Origin: the human T2T-CHM13v2.0 reference genome, Homo sapiens
DNA length: 64,000 bases
Assembly: GCF_009914755.1 (NCBI RefSeq)
Contig: NC_060940.1
Strand: one strand, 5' to 3'
Made by a program: the position numbers and the translations under genes. Positions 42,630-56,635 of the stretch are shown in pieces. The notes beneath the pieces are model-generated. The model had not been told where the DNA came from. It saw only the letters and a program-made list of their open reading frames with translations, and searched no databases. Position 1 is the stretch's first letter; each line of letters begins with the position of its first letter.

Positions 42630-42965
42630 ATCCAGTCTATCATTGATGGACATTTGGATTGGTTCCATGTCTTTGCTATTGTGATTAGTGCCGCAGTAAA
42701 CATACATGTGCATGTGTCCTTATAGCAGCATAATTTATAATCCTTTGGGTATTTACCCAGTAATGGGATGACTGGGTCAAATGTTATTTCTAGTTCTAGA
42801 TCCTTGAGGAATTGCCACACTGTGTTCCACAACATTAGGAGATATACCTAATGTAAATGACATGTTAATGGGTGCAGCACACCAACATGGCACCTGTATA
42901 CACATGTAACAAACCTGCACGTTGTGCACATGTACCCTATACCTTAAAGTATTAAAAAAAAAAAA
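42630..42965 (+). mobile_element. 5'-inverted (twin-primed) truncated L1PA
   Basis: 42630-42832 antisense ORF2 C-terminus (LWNTVWQFLKDLELEITFDPVIPLLGKYPK...), 42833-42965 sense 3' end plus poly(A); 15-bp TSD gaaatacaacgtcta. Confidence 0.93.
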
Positions 42966-42983
42966 GAAGAAATACAACGTCTA

Positions 42984-43223
<240 letters not shown>

Positions 43224-44209
43224 TTAGAAGTGTGTGTGTGTGAGTGTGTGTATGTCTGTGTGTGTATGTGTAAAGACTGAGAGGTAATGATACTGATTGA
43301 GTTGAAAATAACCATTCCTTTGTAATATTTCTAAAATTTTTTAGGACACTAAATTATTTTATATAAAATTATATAATATTAGGTGGTTTGGTGTGTTTGC
43401 CTTGTTTAGGTTTTGTTAGGTTGGTGCTTGAGAAAAAAACAGGTAGATTTGGAAAATGCTGATGTTTAGGATGAAAAGGGATCCAATTTTTCATATAAAA
43501 TGAATTCTTTGGAGTAAGACCTTTTAGCTGAGATTCATGGACTTCATGAAAGTATGTGTGTGTTTGTGTGAGTGGGAGAGAGAGAGTGGGAGAGTGCATT
43601 CATGCTGTTGTAGGTTTTGCTAAGAGATTTTGTACTTTTTGTTAAGTTGTCAAAAGCTCTCTTGTCTGAACCCCTGAGCCCATGGTCCTCTCTCTCCTCT
43701 TGTTTGTGCTGTGGATTTGCAGTTACTTTACAGTTCGAATGAATGATCTGTTCTGTGAATACGTAGTTTCATTTTACAGTTAGAATGATGTGATCAGGGC
43801 TGTGATTCCTAGGCTAGGCCATTACTGGGAAAGGTGTGACTTGGACCAGAAAAAAAGTAAGGAAGTGAATCTCATGCTAAAGAGAACAAGCTTGGTTTCA
43901 AACACTGCATGTTTATGGGCTTTGCCCACCAGGTTTAGCTTGTACAAGGAAATACCCACGCCCCAATTCCCATTAATCCTGAACATATGATTCTCTCTAG
44001 CTGTTCCACACCTCCCAATCTGTGGTCCAGCAATACTGACATTTTTGCGTGTGTTCCAACTAAACCCTGCTCTCTTTTACCTCCCAGCCTTTCCACATTT
44101 TGTTCTCTCCACCTGAAACTATATTCCCTTTCTTCTGGCTCTCTCTTTTTTTTTTTTTTCTCTGATGAAGTGCTGCTACCCTCAGGAAGGCGTCTGTAGT
44201 GTTTTCTAG

Positions 44210-44684
<475 letters not shown>

Positions 44685-45010
44685 AATCTAAAATATTTTC
44701 AAAATATAATGTTTATGAAAATTAAATAAAATAAGGAATCTAGGTCAATATCTGTGTTTTATCAAAGCAACCAGAAGATCAGACATGTCCACATAAAGAG
44801 TGATGAACTTGTATTAACAGAAAAGGAAATGACATTGGACACTGTCTGTGTCATCACACTGCAGAGGGAAGAGGAAGAGGAGGAGGGAAATGTCCTTCCC
44901 TCTGAGAACCATGAGCTCAGTGAAATCCCTGCATTCCCACCCACATCCTTAATGTTCCCAGTATCCACCACCCTGACCGGCTTAAGTGAGCACTTAAGAA
45001 TTTTTCTCGA

Positions 45011-45300
45011 GGCCAGTCTTGAAGGCTCATGCCTGTAATCCCAGAACTTTGCGATGCTAAGACAGGCAAATCGCTTGAGGCCAGGAGTTCTAGACCAGCA
45101 TGGCCAACATGGTGAAATCCTGTCTCTACTTAAAAATACAAAAATTAGTTGGGCATAGTGGCAGGCATCTGTAATCCCAGCTACTGGGGAGGCTGAGGCA
45201 GGAGAATCGGTTGAACCTGGGAGGCAGAGGCTGCAGTGAGCCCAGGTCGTGCTACTGCACTCCAGCATGAGTGAGAGAGCAAGACTCTTTTTCAAAAAAA
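45011..45300 (+). mobile_element. Alu (AluS)
   Basis: Full dimer. Confidence 0.93.
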
Positions 45301-45459
45301 TTGTTTTTTGTTGAATAAATGAATAAACGAAGCATCACAGGACAAGGGAAACTTGTCTCTTCTCAGTTAGTTGCTGAGTAAATTGTTGTTTCTTATGTGT
45401 TGCGTCGGCCCCCACCTCATTTGGTTACTACTTGAGTCCTCTTGGTTTCATTTTATTTT

Positions 45460-45825
45460 CTCTCTCTCTCTATATATATATATTTACTTTTTAATATTTA
45501 AAAACATTTTTGAATATTTTAGTATTTATGTTCTTATATATTTTAAAATATTTTTATTTTTAAATTTGTTTTATGTATGTTTTTTATATATTTGTATATA
45601 TGTTTTATATATCAGTATTAATTTTTAATATAATTTATATTGTATATATTTTATATTAATATTTTATATAAATATTATATTTTATAAAATTTATAAAATT
45701 TTATAAAATTTTTATATTTATAAAATATATTATATTTTATAAAATATATAAAAGTAAAATATTTTATTTTTTATAAAATATAATATTTTATAAATTATAT
45801 AAAAATTTTATTAAAATTTTTATTT
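45460..45825. repeat. AT-rich low-complexity tract
   Basis: ttttataaaa tandem/palindromic units, almost no G or C. Confidence 0.92.
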
Positions 45826-46035
45826 CCCTCAGCCTATTTGCACAGACTGGATTAAGTGTCCATCATAGTATTTACCAAGCTTTTTGCACATAACAAAAAT
45901 GACCCTAAAAACAAGAGTAACAGTTTTTATTTATTGAGCATGTACTATATACCAGGCATGCTTGAAAAGCCTTTATAGATTTATTTCTAATTCTTGAAGG
46001 TAGTTGGTATTATCTTCATTCTAAATTGCCAGAAC

Positions 46036-46250
46036 CTTCTTTCTCTCTCTTTCTTTCTTTCTTTTCTTTCTTTCTTTCTTTTCTTTCTTTCTTTATTTTC
46101 TTTTCTTTCTTTCTTTTCTTTCTCTCTCTCTCTCCCTCCCCTTCCCCCTCCCCTTCCCCCTCCCCCTCTCCCTCCCCTTCCCTTCCCCCTCCCCTTCCCC
46201 CTCCCCTTCCCCCTCCCCTTCCCCCTCCCCTTTCCTTTCCTTTCCTTTCC
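46036..46250. repeat. CT-rich compound repeat (TTTC)n/(CCCCTCCCCTT)n at Alu tail
   Basis: Directly visible. Confidence 0.92.
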
Positions 46251-46522
46251 ACAGGGTCTCACTGTGTCACCCAGATTGGAGTGTGGTGGAGCAATCTCCA
46301 CTCACTGCAACCTCTGCCTCCTGGGTTATAAATGATCCTCCCACCTCAGCCTCCTGAGTAGCTGGGACTACAGACACACCCCTAATTTTTGTATTCTTTG
46401 GTAGAGACGGGATTTCACCATGTTGGCCAGGTTCGTCTTGAACTCAAGACATTAAGTGATCCACCCACCTCAGCCTCCCAAAGTGCTGGGATTGCAGGCA
46501 TGAACCACCACTGCACCTGGCC
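46251..46522 (-). mobile_element. Alu (AluJ-like)
   Basis: Reverse dimer with small deletion. Confidence 0.9.
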
Positions 46523-47361
46523 GTGAACCCCATATTCTTAAAGATGGTAGAGCTGGGATTCGAAGTCAGGTCTGCTTAAACCCAGAGCATATCTTCATGC
46601 CCCACATTTCCCTCTGTCTCTCTGAGTTTATGGAGTTGGTTAGAAATGTCGTATTTCTTTTTCTTTCTTTATACTCCAGATTCCCTGTGAGGTCAGGAAC
46701 TAGGCCTTTTTCATGATAACCCTAGTGAAGATCCTAATTTTGAAAACTTATCTAATATTTATTGGGAAGCTGTTGTGAGCCAAGCACTGCAGTAGGCTCT
46801 GGATATATTAGGCCCATCCCCGTATAGAGCTGACATGTAGCAGATGAAAGCAGAAAAAGAGAAAAAAAGGTAAGTAGGCAAAATGAGGAAAAACGAAGTC
46901 TTAGTATGGGCCAAACAGTTTCCTAATGTTTGGTATATTAGCTCATTTTATCCATGAGACAAGTTCTATTCTTATTGACCTGATTTTATATCCAAGGAAG
47001 CTGAGGGGCAGAGAATTTGAACAACTGCCTCCAATGTTCACACAGCTAGAATGCTGCAGAACTAGGGCTTGCACCCCATTGTCTCACTCTTGAGTCTTCA
47101 TTCTTTATCACTAAATAGACACAGCCAGGAAGGAGGCAGAATGGGCAGTGAAATGCTTTTGCAGAAGTTGGCATTTAATGTGAAGGTTGAAAAATAAGAA
47201 GGAATGACCATTTGAAGTGTAGAGATAAGAGAATCCTATGCAAAAAGCCCAGCCAGTGCAAAGGCACTGAGGTAGGAGAGAGCTGAGTAAATTCAAAGAA
47301 AATAAAACACATAGTGGGAGGCTGCAGAAGGAGGGAGGTAATGACCATTATGAAATGAATG

Positions 47362-47806
<445 letters not shown>

Positions 47807-49157
47807 GCCCCAGTATACCTTGGAACTCCTCTGCCTAGGTTATCTCCCTTGTCTTAAATCAGAGATGGGTGTTACTTACTCTACAGTACACAGAAACAGG
47901 TATCACTTATCAATCCCTGTGTTCTTTTCCACTTAGCTCAAATACAGCCTCGGCATCCTTCTGAACACTCTGGAGTAGGCTGCCATTTTTAATCACCCAG
48001 ATGTTAAATTTATTCATCATCCCTATATATATTTCCCACAGGATCAAAGTATATCGAGTTTGGAAAGGGAGTTGAAAACAAGGAAGACTCCCTGCTTTTG
48101 ATTCCCATGAGGGCAATAGCTGTCACTCTCCTAGGGGATGTTTTGATAAGACAGCCACTTAGGTTTCTATATCCTCCTGATAACCGTATGTTGAAAAAGG
48201 ATTTAAGAGGAAGGTCATAAAACCAGGGATTTCTTAACAGCAGGGTGTGGCTTGGCTTACTAAGAATATACTTGTGATGCATTTTAATGACATGCTTTAT
48301 GTTATCATATTAAAGATTGTAAAAGCATCTAGTAATCATTTAATAAATATTAATGAAGCATTTACAAATTGCACCTTAATTTACAGCATTGGCACTCATA
48401 TCGTGCTCTGGACATGAATGCACAGAGACATGGTGGCTTTGACAAAGACTACCATGGAGAGCCTGGTTCTGTGACATTGTGCCATCCTGGTACCATAAGT
48501 GATTTTTTAAAATAATAATTCTTGGAGGGCAGTTGAGTGCAATGAAGCTTGATGCCTAAAGCAGTTTTAGCAATTATTTTTCTGTTTGGGGAACATTAAA
48601 ACATAATCTACCATGAATTTATAATCCATAGCTTCTCTCTCATGCACTTCTTAATAATAAGCAGTAGTTATAGGCCCTTGTGCAAAAATTCTTTGTAGAT
48701 GTTAGGAGATACTTCCTCATTGTGTAAACACTGGGGCAGGTAAGGGATATATTGCAAGCGATAACTGTGGGGTCGCCACTCCCCTGCCACCATCTTTGTT
48801 TGATGCTTAGGGAGATCTCCTGTTCTTTGCAGGCACTTAGATACGAATGGAGGAGCCCCAGGCACAAATTCCTCAGCACTCTGTCCTGCTCTTGTTGCTG
48901 GACTTGATTGTCTTTCAGACAGTGCATTCAATGTTGAGTTCAGAGCCATTCCCTGCAATTCCCTCTGGACCCTGTTGGATGTTAACCACGATGGTTCTCA
49001 CACGGGGCTGGGTGTCACGTGGCTCACAGAAAACTACAGATGGAAGGGCCTTAGAAGTCACCTGCTGCACTCCTCACTTTATAGAGGAGGACACTGAGGC
49101 CCAGAGAGGAACAGGACATTCACAGGCCACACACCAGGCAAGAAGCAGAGATGAAAC

Positions 49158-49709
49158 TGTTACAGGCAAGGGGCTGGATCCCGACCCCAAGAGAGCGTTC
49201 TCAGATCTCCCGCAAGACAAGAGTTGAGGGCGTGTCTGTAGAGTGAAGCGAAAGTATGTTTATTAAGAATGTAGAGGAATAAAAGAATGTCCACTCCATA
49301 GACAGAACAGCCCTGAAGGCTGCTGCCTGCCCATTTTTATGGTTATTTCTTGATGATATGCTAAACAAGGGGTGAATTACTCATGTCTCCCCTTTTTAGA
49401 CCATATAGGGTAACTCTGTGATGTTGCCATGGTGTTTGGAAACTATCATGGCGCTCGTGAGTATAGCAGTGAGGACGACCAGAGGTCCCTCTCAGGGCCA
49501 TCTGGGTTTTGATGGGTTTTGGCTGGCTTCTTTACTGCAAACTGTTTTTATCAGCAAGGTCCTTATGACCTGTATTTTGTGCTGACCTCCTATTTTATCG
49601 TATGACTTAGAATGCCTAACCTTCTGGGAATGCATCCTAGTAGGTCTCAGCCTTGTTGTACCCAGCCCCTATGGAAGATGGAGTTGCTCTGGTTCAAACA
49701 CCTCTGACA
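49158..49709 (-). mobile_element. MER41A-like solo LTR (ERV1) inserted in a MIR
   Basis: tgttacagg...ggagttgctctggttcaaacacctctgaca; 4-bp TSD aaac on both sides; lacks the GAS-containing segment of MER41B. Confidence 0.92.
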
Positions 49710-49945
49710 AAACCGGATCCCAAGACATAAGATTGTGCAGTGTGCATTTGCATGCTTCTCAGCCTCAGAGCTAAGGAGACCTGGGCATGTCCTGGGGGGG
49801 TTTTGGATAGAGGGGGGCACCTCTTCATCAGGGGTGCTGGAGAAGGCCTGGCCTGGCCTCTGGAGCCTGCCGCACTGCCAGTCAGGACATCCTAGCTGAG
49901 CAGGAGCCATGGGCGTCCCGGGGAATCCTAGGTACTGAGAGGAGA

Positions 49946-49964
49946 TGGCCAGCAGATGGCGCTG
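49946..49964 (+). promoter_or_regulatory. Candidate CTCF binding site
   Basis: TGGCCAGCAGATGGCGCTG, near-consensus core motif. Confidence 0.75.
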
Positions 49965-50927
49965 CAGGGATTCAAACTGGAGCAGCCATATCTGACAGCA
50001 ACCCCAGGTCAGGGATTCAAAGCTCCAGCAACCAGGATGAGCTGCTTAATAGTACAGGCCTGGACTTCAGGGATGCCTAGACCCCTCTCGGGAGCTCCCA
50101 CCTGGCCTGGAAAGAGAGCCAGGTCTAGAATGGGCTGGTGCAGGTATCTGTAGACTGGTCATACTGGGTTTGGGATCAGACCCCAGACCAAGAAGGAACA
50201 AAGGGAAAACAAAAGGACTAGCGCAGCTGCTGTGTCCAGGCTGGGGTGCTTGCTATGTGGGCAGGACTATGGTCACAGGCCAGGGTGGAAATGGCAGCCA
50301 GAAGGCCTCCCTCTGCGTGGGGTCTCCCTTAAACCCAACTTCTTGGGGCCTACTCTGAGGACATCAAGACCGTCTCTTCTAGGAAGGCAAGAGGCCAACA
50401 CCCATGAAGCTGCTGTTTTTCCTTTCCTGCTCCTGACTTGGAGGCGTGGAGATTGCCACCAGGCCATGTTTAATGTCTTTTAATTAACGGTTTAACTCGG
50501 GTATCCATGATGCAAGGGTTTTGCAAAGGAATTCAATCTAGTTTTCAAAATTGCAGAATTAAGTGGGTAAAGAACAGTTGAGGGCAGCACTTACATTTCT
50601 GAATATTTAGACTCTTTTTTTCTTCTTCTTTCATTTTTTTCACACTTCCAATCTGCCTCTTTTCTTCTTCTCTCTGTTTCTATCTCTCTCACACACATAC
50701 ACAATCACAGCTGCTTCATACGGCTTCTCCCCGTCCCCTCTCCTGGCAGCTGTGGCGTTTCTGCACAGAGGTGCAGGGAAGGAGGAAAGGCCTTGGGTCC
50801 CCTGGTCAGGATCCAGCTGAAACAACCAGAAATACTGTCCCTGTACCTCTCAGGTCGGGTGACTTACTGTGCCTCTGAACCCTCTTTCTTCCATACCTCC
50901 CCTACCCAATTCCGAGGCCTCAACTTT

Positions 50928-50946
50928 GTGCTGCCAGAGGGCACTA
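50928..50946 (+). promoter_or_regulatory. Candidate CTCF binding site
   Basis: GTGCTGCCAGAGGGCACTA, good match to the core motif. Confidence 0.6.
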
Positions 50947-51319
50947 TGCCACCTTTAAATGAGATTTAGAAAAAGTTTACACATGGCACCTGCTGATCTG
51001 GACATTCCAGTCGGCTTGCTGTATCTCCTAGTTGCAAGGGAGGGCTTTGCTTAGAGCAGCCTGTGCCCCGTAGGGTAATACCGGAGCTGGCGGCCTCCCA
51101 GGAAGGCTGCAAAGTGCTTGGGTGCTTTGCCCTCTCTGAAGCATACATCAGCACCCCTAAGGTTTAGCTGTGCTGCAGCCACAGCCCACACACTCCTCCA
51201 TTCTCCCTGAACAATAGGACCCTTGCTGAGATAGTCTGGTAGGAGAGGGGAGGCTCTTTCCTGAACCCGTCTCTCCTAAACGCTTTCTATGCCTTAGAGT
51301 GCTAAGAACAGTCTACCCT

Positions 51320-51720
51320 CCTTACGAGACTGAGTGTTTCCTGAAGGCAGGAGCTGTATCTTATTGAACTCTCCAGCGCACAGAAAAAACTCATAAATAT
51401 TTGTTCAACTAATAAACAAGTAAATGAATAGAGAGGATGAATAATCTTTTAGGGTAAGTTAATTACATCTATTTTATTTAAAATGCATTATAGAATTTTG
51501 TCTCTGTGCCAGGAACTGCTTAAAGTATTTTTTAGATATAATCTCATAGATGCCTAACAAAAACCCTGTAAGTTAGACACCCTTAACATCTCCTTTTTTC
51601 AGGTGGAATAGGAGAGGTACAGATTGGGTAGGTAACTTGCCCAAGGTCAGGCAGAGCCAGGATTCAAACTCAAGCAGTCTGGCTTCAGGGCTTTTTTTTC
51701 TAAATCACTCCCTGTGGTTT
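51320..51720. mobile_element. L2 3' end (+) followed by MIR (-)
   Basis: ctcataaatatttgttcaac...aatgaat; ggtaacttgcccaaggtcaggcagagccaggattcaaactcaagcagtctggcttcag. Confidence 0.65.
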
Positions 51721-51954
51721 CTCTTAGTCTTAGACCAAGACTAATGTACTTAGAAATACCCAGCCAGGGAACAAGAATGCATAGAATTTAATCCCCCAAG
51801 CCCAACTTTCATTATTCAGCTTTCAAAAGACATGGCAGGGAAGGTTTCCAGACAGAAGAGGAATAGTCAGTTTGTTTTTAATTCACCAGTAAAACAAATA
51901 GACTTCTTTCCTTTTATATTTGTAACATACAGCTTGCATTTTTTTTTATTTTAA

Positions 51955-52193
51955 ACAAGAAAAGGAAGAAATAAATGAGAAAGAAGGGAAGGAAGGTGGA
52001 GGAGGTGGGAGAGAGAAAGGAGAGGGAGGAGAGGGAAACCGGGAGAAAAAAAGAAGGGAGAAGAGAAGGGAGGAAGAAAAGAAGGGAAAAGAGAAGGAAG
52101 GAGGGAGAGAAGGGGAAGGAAAAGGAAGGAAGAAACAAGGGTGGAAGGACGAAAGGCAAGAAGGAAGGGAAGAAGGAGAAGGAAAGAAAGGAA
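51955..52193. repeat. GA-rich polypurine tract
   Basis: Directly visible. Confidence 0.9.
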
Positions 52194-52568
52194 GCCTTAT
52201 TTAATCTCCAGCACAGAAAGTGTTCGCAGCCCTGAGAAACGTGGTTTCTCATTTGCCTGTTACTTGGCACAGTTTGACTGCCTAGAAGCCTGCAGAAATA
52301 TTGGAAGTCAAGGTCCAATATAATAATTGGCTTACAGATTTGAAGAAGGATAGATAGACTCTTCCATTTCCAAGATTCATTAGTCCAGCTTTCTCCGTAA
52401 TAGACAGGGCTTGCTCTACGTGTAAGCCATTTTCTAATCAAATTGGCACACAGTTCATGCTCTGACTTGGTATAAATGGGCTTCTGTGAAATTGCTCTGC
52501 CTGGGCTCAGGGCTGGAGTTAGATGGGATGGATTTTATCTCTCTGATGCTTGATCATCTTGGGCTCTG

Positions 52569-52970
<402 letters not shown>

Positions 52971-53210
52971 TCAACAAAGCCAGCAGTATGTGGACAGCTT
53001 ATGAGAAAAGGTGTGGGCATCGCTTGGATCTGAGTGGGAATCCAAGCTCTGCCACTCAGCTATGTGTTGCTAGGAAAGTTTGCAAGCATCTATGAAATAA
53101 TGAAAGTTTAAATGACCATAGCAGCAAGCATGCTGTTTGGAAGACCAATCTCCAGATGAACTTAACTAACGGTTTCTAGTAATGCTAAGCATAAAACAGA
53201 AAAAAAAAAG

Positions 53211-53211
<1 letters not shown>

Positions 53212-53286
<75 letters not shown>

Positions 53287-53476
53287 GTATATATATATGT
53301 GTATATATGTATATATATACACATATATATACGTATACGTGTATATATACACATATGTATACGTATACGTATATATATACACACATATATATACGTATAC
53401 GTATATATATACACACATATATATACGTATACGTATATATATACACATATATATATACGTATACGTATATATATAT
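53212..53476. repeat. (TA)n(CA)n plus ~32-bp TATACG-containing minisatellite
   Basis: atatatatacgtatacgtatatatatacacac repeated. Confidence 0.95.
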
Positions 53477-53699
53477 AAAATCAAGAAGAGCCAGAAGAGA
53501 TTGGAAAGCTCTTTGGCCCTGATAGAAGAAAGCTGATGCGTCACACAGAAGAAACATGAGTCTTCAGTTCTTCTTTTGCTCTTGTCTTCTCTGTCAAGAA
53601 AAATCATCTTCAGTCAGGATGGAATAGAGTTTGGTTTAGGTGACAAAGTCAGTGTTGGTGAAGCAGAATGAAGAGAGTGCTAGCTCTTAAGAAATCTAA

Positions 53700-54400
53700 T
53701 ATTTTACCTGGACTAATATCTCCAAACAGGAGAGTAACTTGGACATGAGATCATTAAGTATCATTGACAATTTGTGGCAAAAAGCAGAAGGGTATGAGAT
53801 TTGAAATGCGGAAATAGGATATTCTAATTTTCAAAACAGATGAAAGAAGCTGGGAGACTCTATAATTATAGGGTGGTAGCATCTCATGGTGTAACCACTA
53901 TTAATGGTTCACTTGTTCAATGATTAAAGTCCCATGTGATCTGATCTTCACATGAATCTGGACATTATGAAAAGCATGGCTTGTGGATTTCTTGAAGATG
54001 AAAGAATGATAACTTGATTCTTATGTCCATTCATTGGGAATAATGAAGACCCAGCAAATGCCATTTCTTCTCACTAGAATGGGAGATTTGGAGAATGGGG
54101 TAGACACATGATGTGTGAATTCCAGCAAGACAGTCAACAAGGACACACTTTTCGGTCACGTGTGTGTGATCCCTTTATGGGAAAAGTGGAGGATGGTGGG
54201 ATAGATAGTCAGAAAAGTATGTGGGAAAGTAAAACATTATTACAAATTGGTGCCAAAAATTATAATGAGTAGATTGGCCCATAACCCTGGTGGTTTTAAT
54301 TGTAGTGATGTCATTGAGCTTTGTTCTGAGATATGTCCTGATGGCATTTTTTCTAAATGGTTGGATCATGATAGAGAAGGCTGTTCTTCAGTGACACAGA
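53700..54400 (+). mobile_element. L3/CR1 ORF2 (RT region) remnant
   Basis: gagatttgaaatgcggaaat...taattttcaaaa...ataattatagggtgg and gtagacac...gaattccagcaagacagtcaacaag resemble the CR1 W..A...PIFKKG...NYRP and DFSKAFD coding blocks. Confidence 0.55.
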
Positions 54401-54482
54401 TGGGATGGAGTGGAGTGCCTCTGTTTAATGGAGTCAGGACTTTCATACCCATTTTACAGATGAGGAAATGAGGCATATGAAA

Positions 54483-54924
54483 TGTATTCATTTCCTAGCA
54501 TTGCCATAAGTTAACGCCAACTGGATGGCTTTAAAACAACAGAAGTTTATTCATTCAAGGTTCTGGAGGCCACAAGTCTGAAATCAAAATGTCAGCAAGG
54601 CCAAGTTCCTTCTGAAGGCTCTAGGGTAGAATCCTTCCTTCCTTCTCCCACCTTCCAGTGGCTCCAGGCGTTCCTTGGTTTGTGGCCACATCACTCTAGT
54701 CTCTGCCTCTGTCTTCACATGCTATTGTCTTTGTTTCTCTGTGTGTTCTTTGCTATTTCGTATGTGGACACTCCCTTTGGATCTAGGACCTACTCTAATC
54801 TACTATGATTTTCTCTTGATCCTTACCTTATTTACATCTGTAAAGACTGTATTTCCAAATAAGGCCACATTCTGAGGTTCTGGGTGGACCTGAATTTGAA
54901 GAGACACTATTCAACCCATTATAC
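54483..54924 (-). mobile_element. MLT1B/C-like LTR inserted in a MIR
   Basis: tgtattcatttcctag...gttctggaggccacaagtctgaaatcaa...ctgaaggctctagggtagaatcc...cactattcaacccattataca. Confidence 0.85.
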
Positions 54925-55472
54925 AAAGTTATGGGGTCTAATTAAGGCCCTCAAATAAGAGGCAGGTCCAGGACTTGACTTCATCCGTGTCTGACTCTAA
55001 ACCACACATTTTTTCTTTTGTCTTAGGGGAGATAAGGATAGGGAAATGAATCCAATCCTTGTCATTTGACAAAGAGTGGAAGGGAATGTGGGTATTTATC
55101 TTGGAAATAAAATGATCAAGAAAGGACATGGGGTGTGTGGAGCAGAATGATCCTGCAGAAAGAGGACCTTTATGACCTAGTTGGTTTGGGATGGGAGATG
55201 GTGTATGATGCTGATGCTGCTTCTTCCAAGGAGGGTAGCCAGGGTTGTAAGTAAGACTGTAGACTGGGTGGAGAGGAAGCAACTGCAGGTATGCTGCAGG
55301 ATAGTGGCTACAGCTTTGCATGTAGAGAGTCAGCAATGCCTTACAGTTAAGAAAATAAAGCTAAGCTTGGCTGCCTGGCCTGGAATCCTGACTCCTCTAT
55401 TTACTCATGATGTCAACTTTGGCAGGTTGTTTAACCTTTGTGACTACACTGTAGAGATAAAAGCAGTATCAT

Positions 55473-55786
55473 GGCTGGGTGCTATGGCTCATACCTGTAA
55501 TCTCAGCACTTTGGGAGGCCGAGGCAGGTGGATCACTTGAGGTCAGGATTTCAAGACCAGCCTGGCTAACATGGTGAAACCCCGTCTCTACTAAAAATAC
55601 AAAAATTAGCTAGGCATGGTGGCACATGCCTGTAGTTCTGGCTACTTGGGAGGCTGAGGCAGGAGAATCACTTGAACCCGTAAGGTGGAGGCTGCAGTGA
55701 GCCAAGCCAAGATCATGCCACTGCACTCCAGCCGAGGCAACAGAGTGAGACCCTGCCTAAAAAAAAAAGAAAGAAAAGAAAAGAAA
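55473..55786 (+). mobile_element. Alu (AluS)
   Basis: Full dimer. Confidence 0.95.
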
Positions 55787-56301
55787 GGCAATGTCAACGA
55801 CATCGGGCAGATGTGATGAATAATTTTGATGGGATTGGCGAGATAATCCAGTACTTTATAAATGCTACCTATTGTGATTTTTAAAATACTATACTCTGTG
55901 CCCTCAAACAACATCCCGTGTTTTACCCACTGCAGAGAAGATGCAGATGGCTTGTGTCTCATGGGGCCTGGCTCACATGTAAGCCAACGTGGTCCTTGCT
56001 GGCCTGCTGGACACACAGGGAGCTCCACTACCTTGCCTTCTAACTGATCTCTCCCTGATCAGTATAATTACGGAGGCCCTGCTTTCTTCCAGCAGCCAAA
56101 TTGTTGGGATGGACTTCCTCGTTATTTGAAGCATTTGTTACTGAAGTTAGTATGGCCTCCTGGCTTTGCTCACATCTGGGAAAGAAAGTCGATTCTCCTT
56201 TGTATTTAGTGGCTTGGAAGCTGCCAGCAACTTTCGGATGGCCGTAGTGTCCCCTCTTGAGAATCAGAGAATTTCATTATTATTTTTAAAAATCTTATCT
56301 T

Positions 56302-56635
<334 letters not shown>

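Noticed and set aside
42434-42835. ORF with real protein similarity
   Set aside because: Fragment of the L1 ORF2 C-terminus in a truncated insertion
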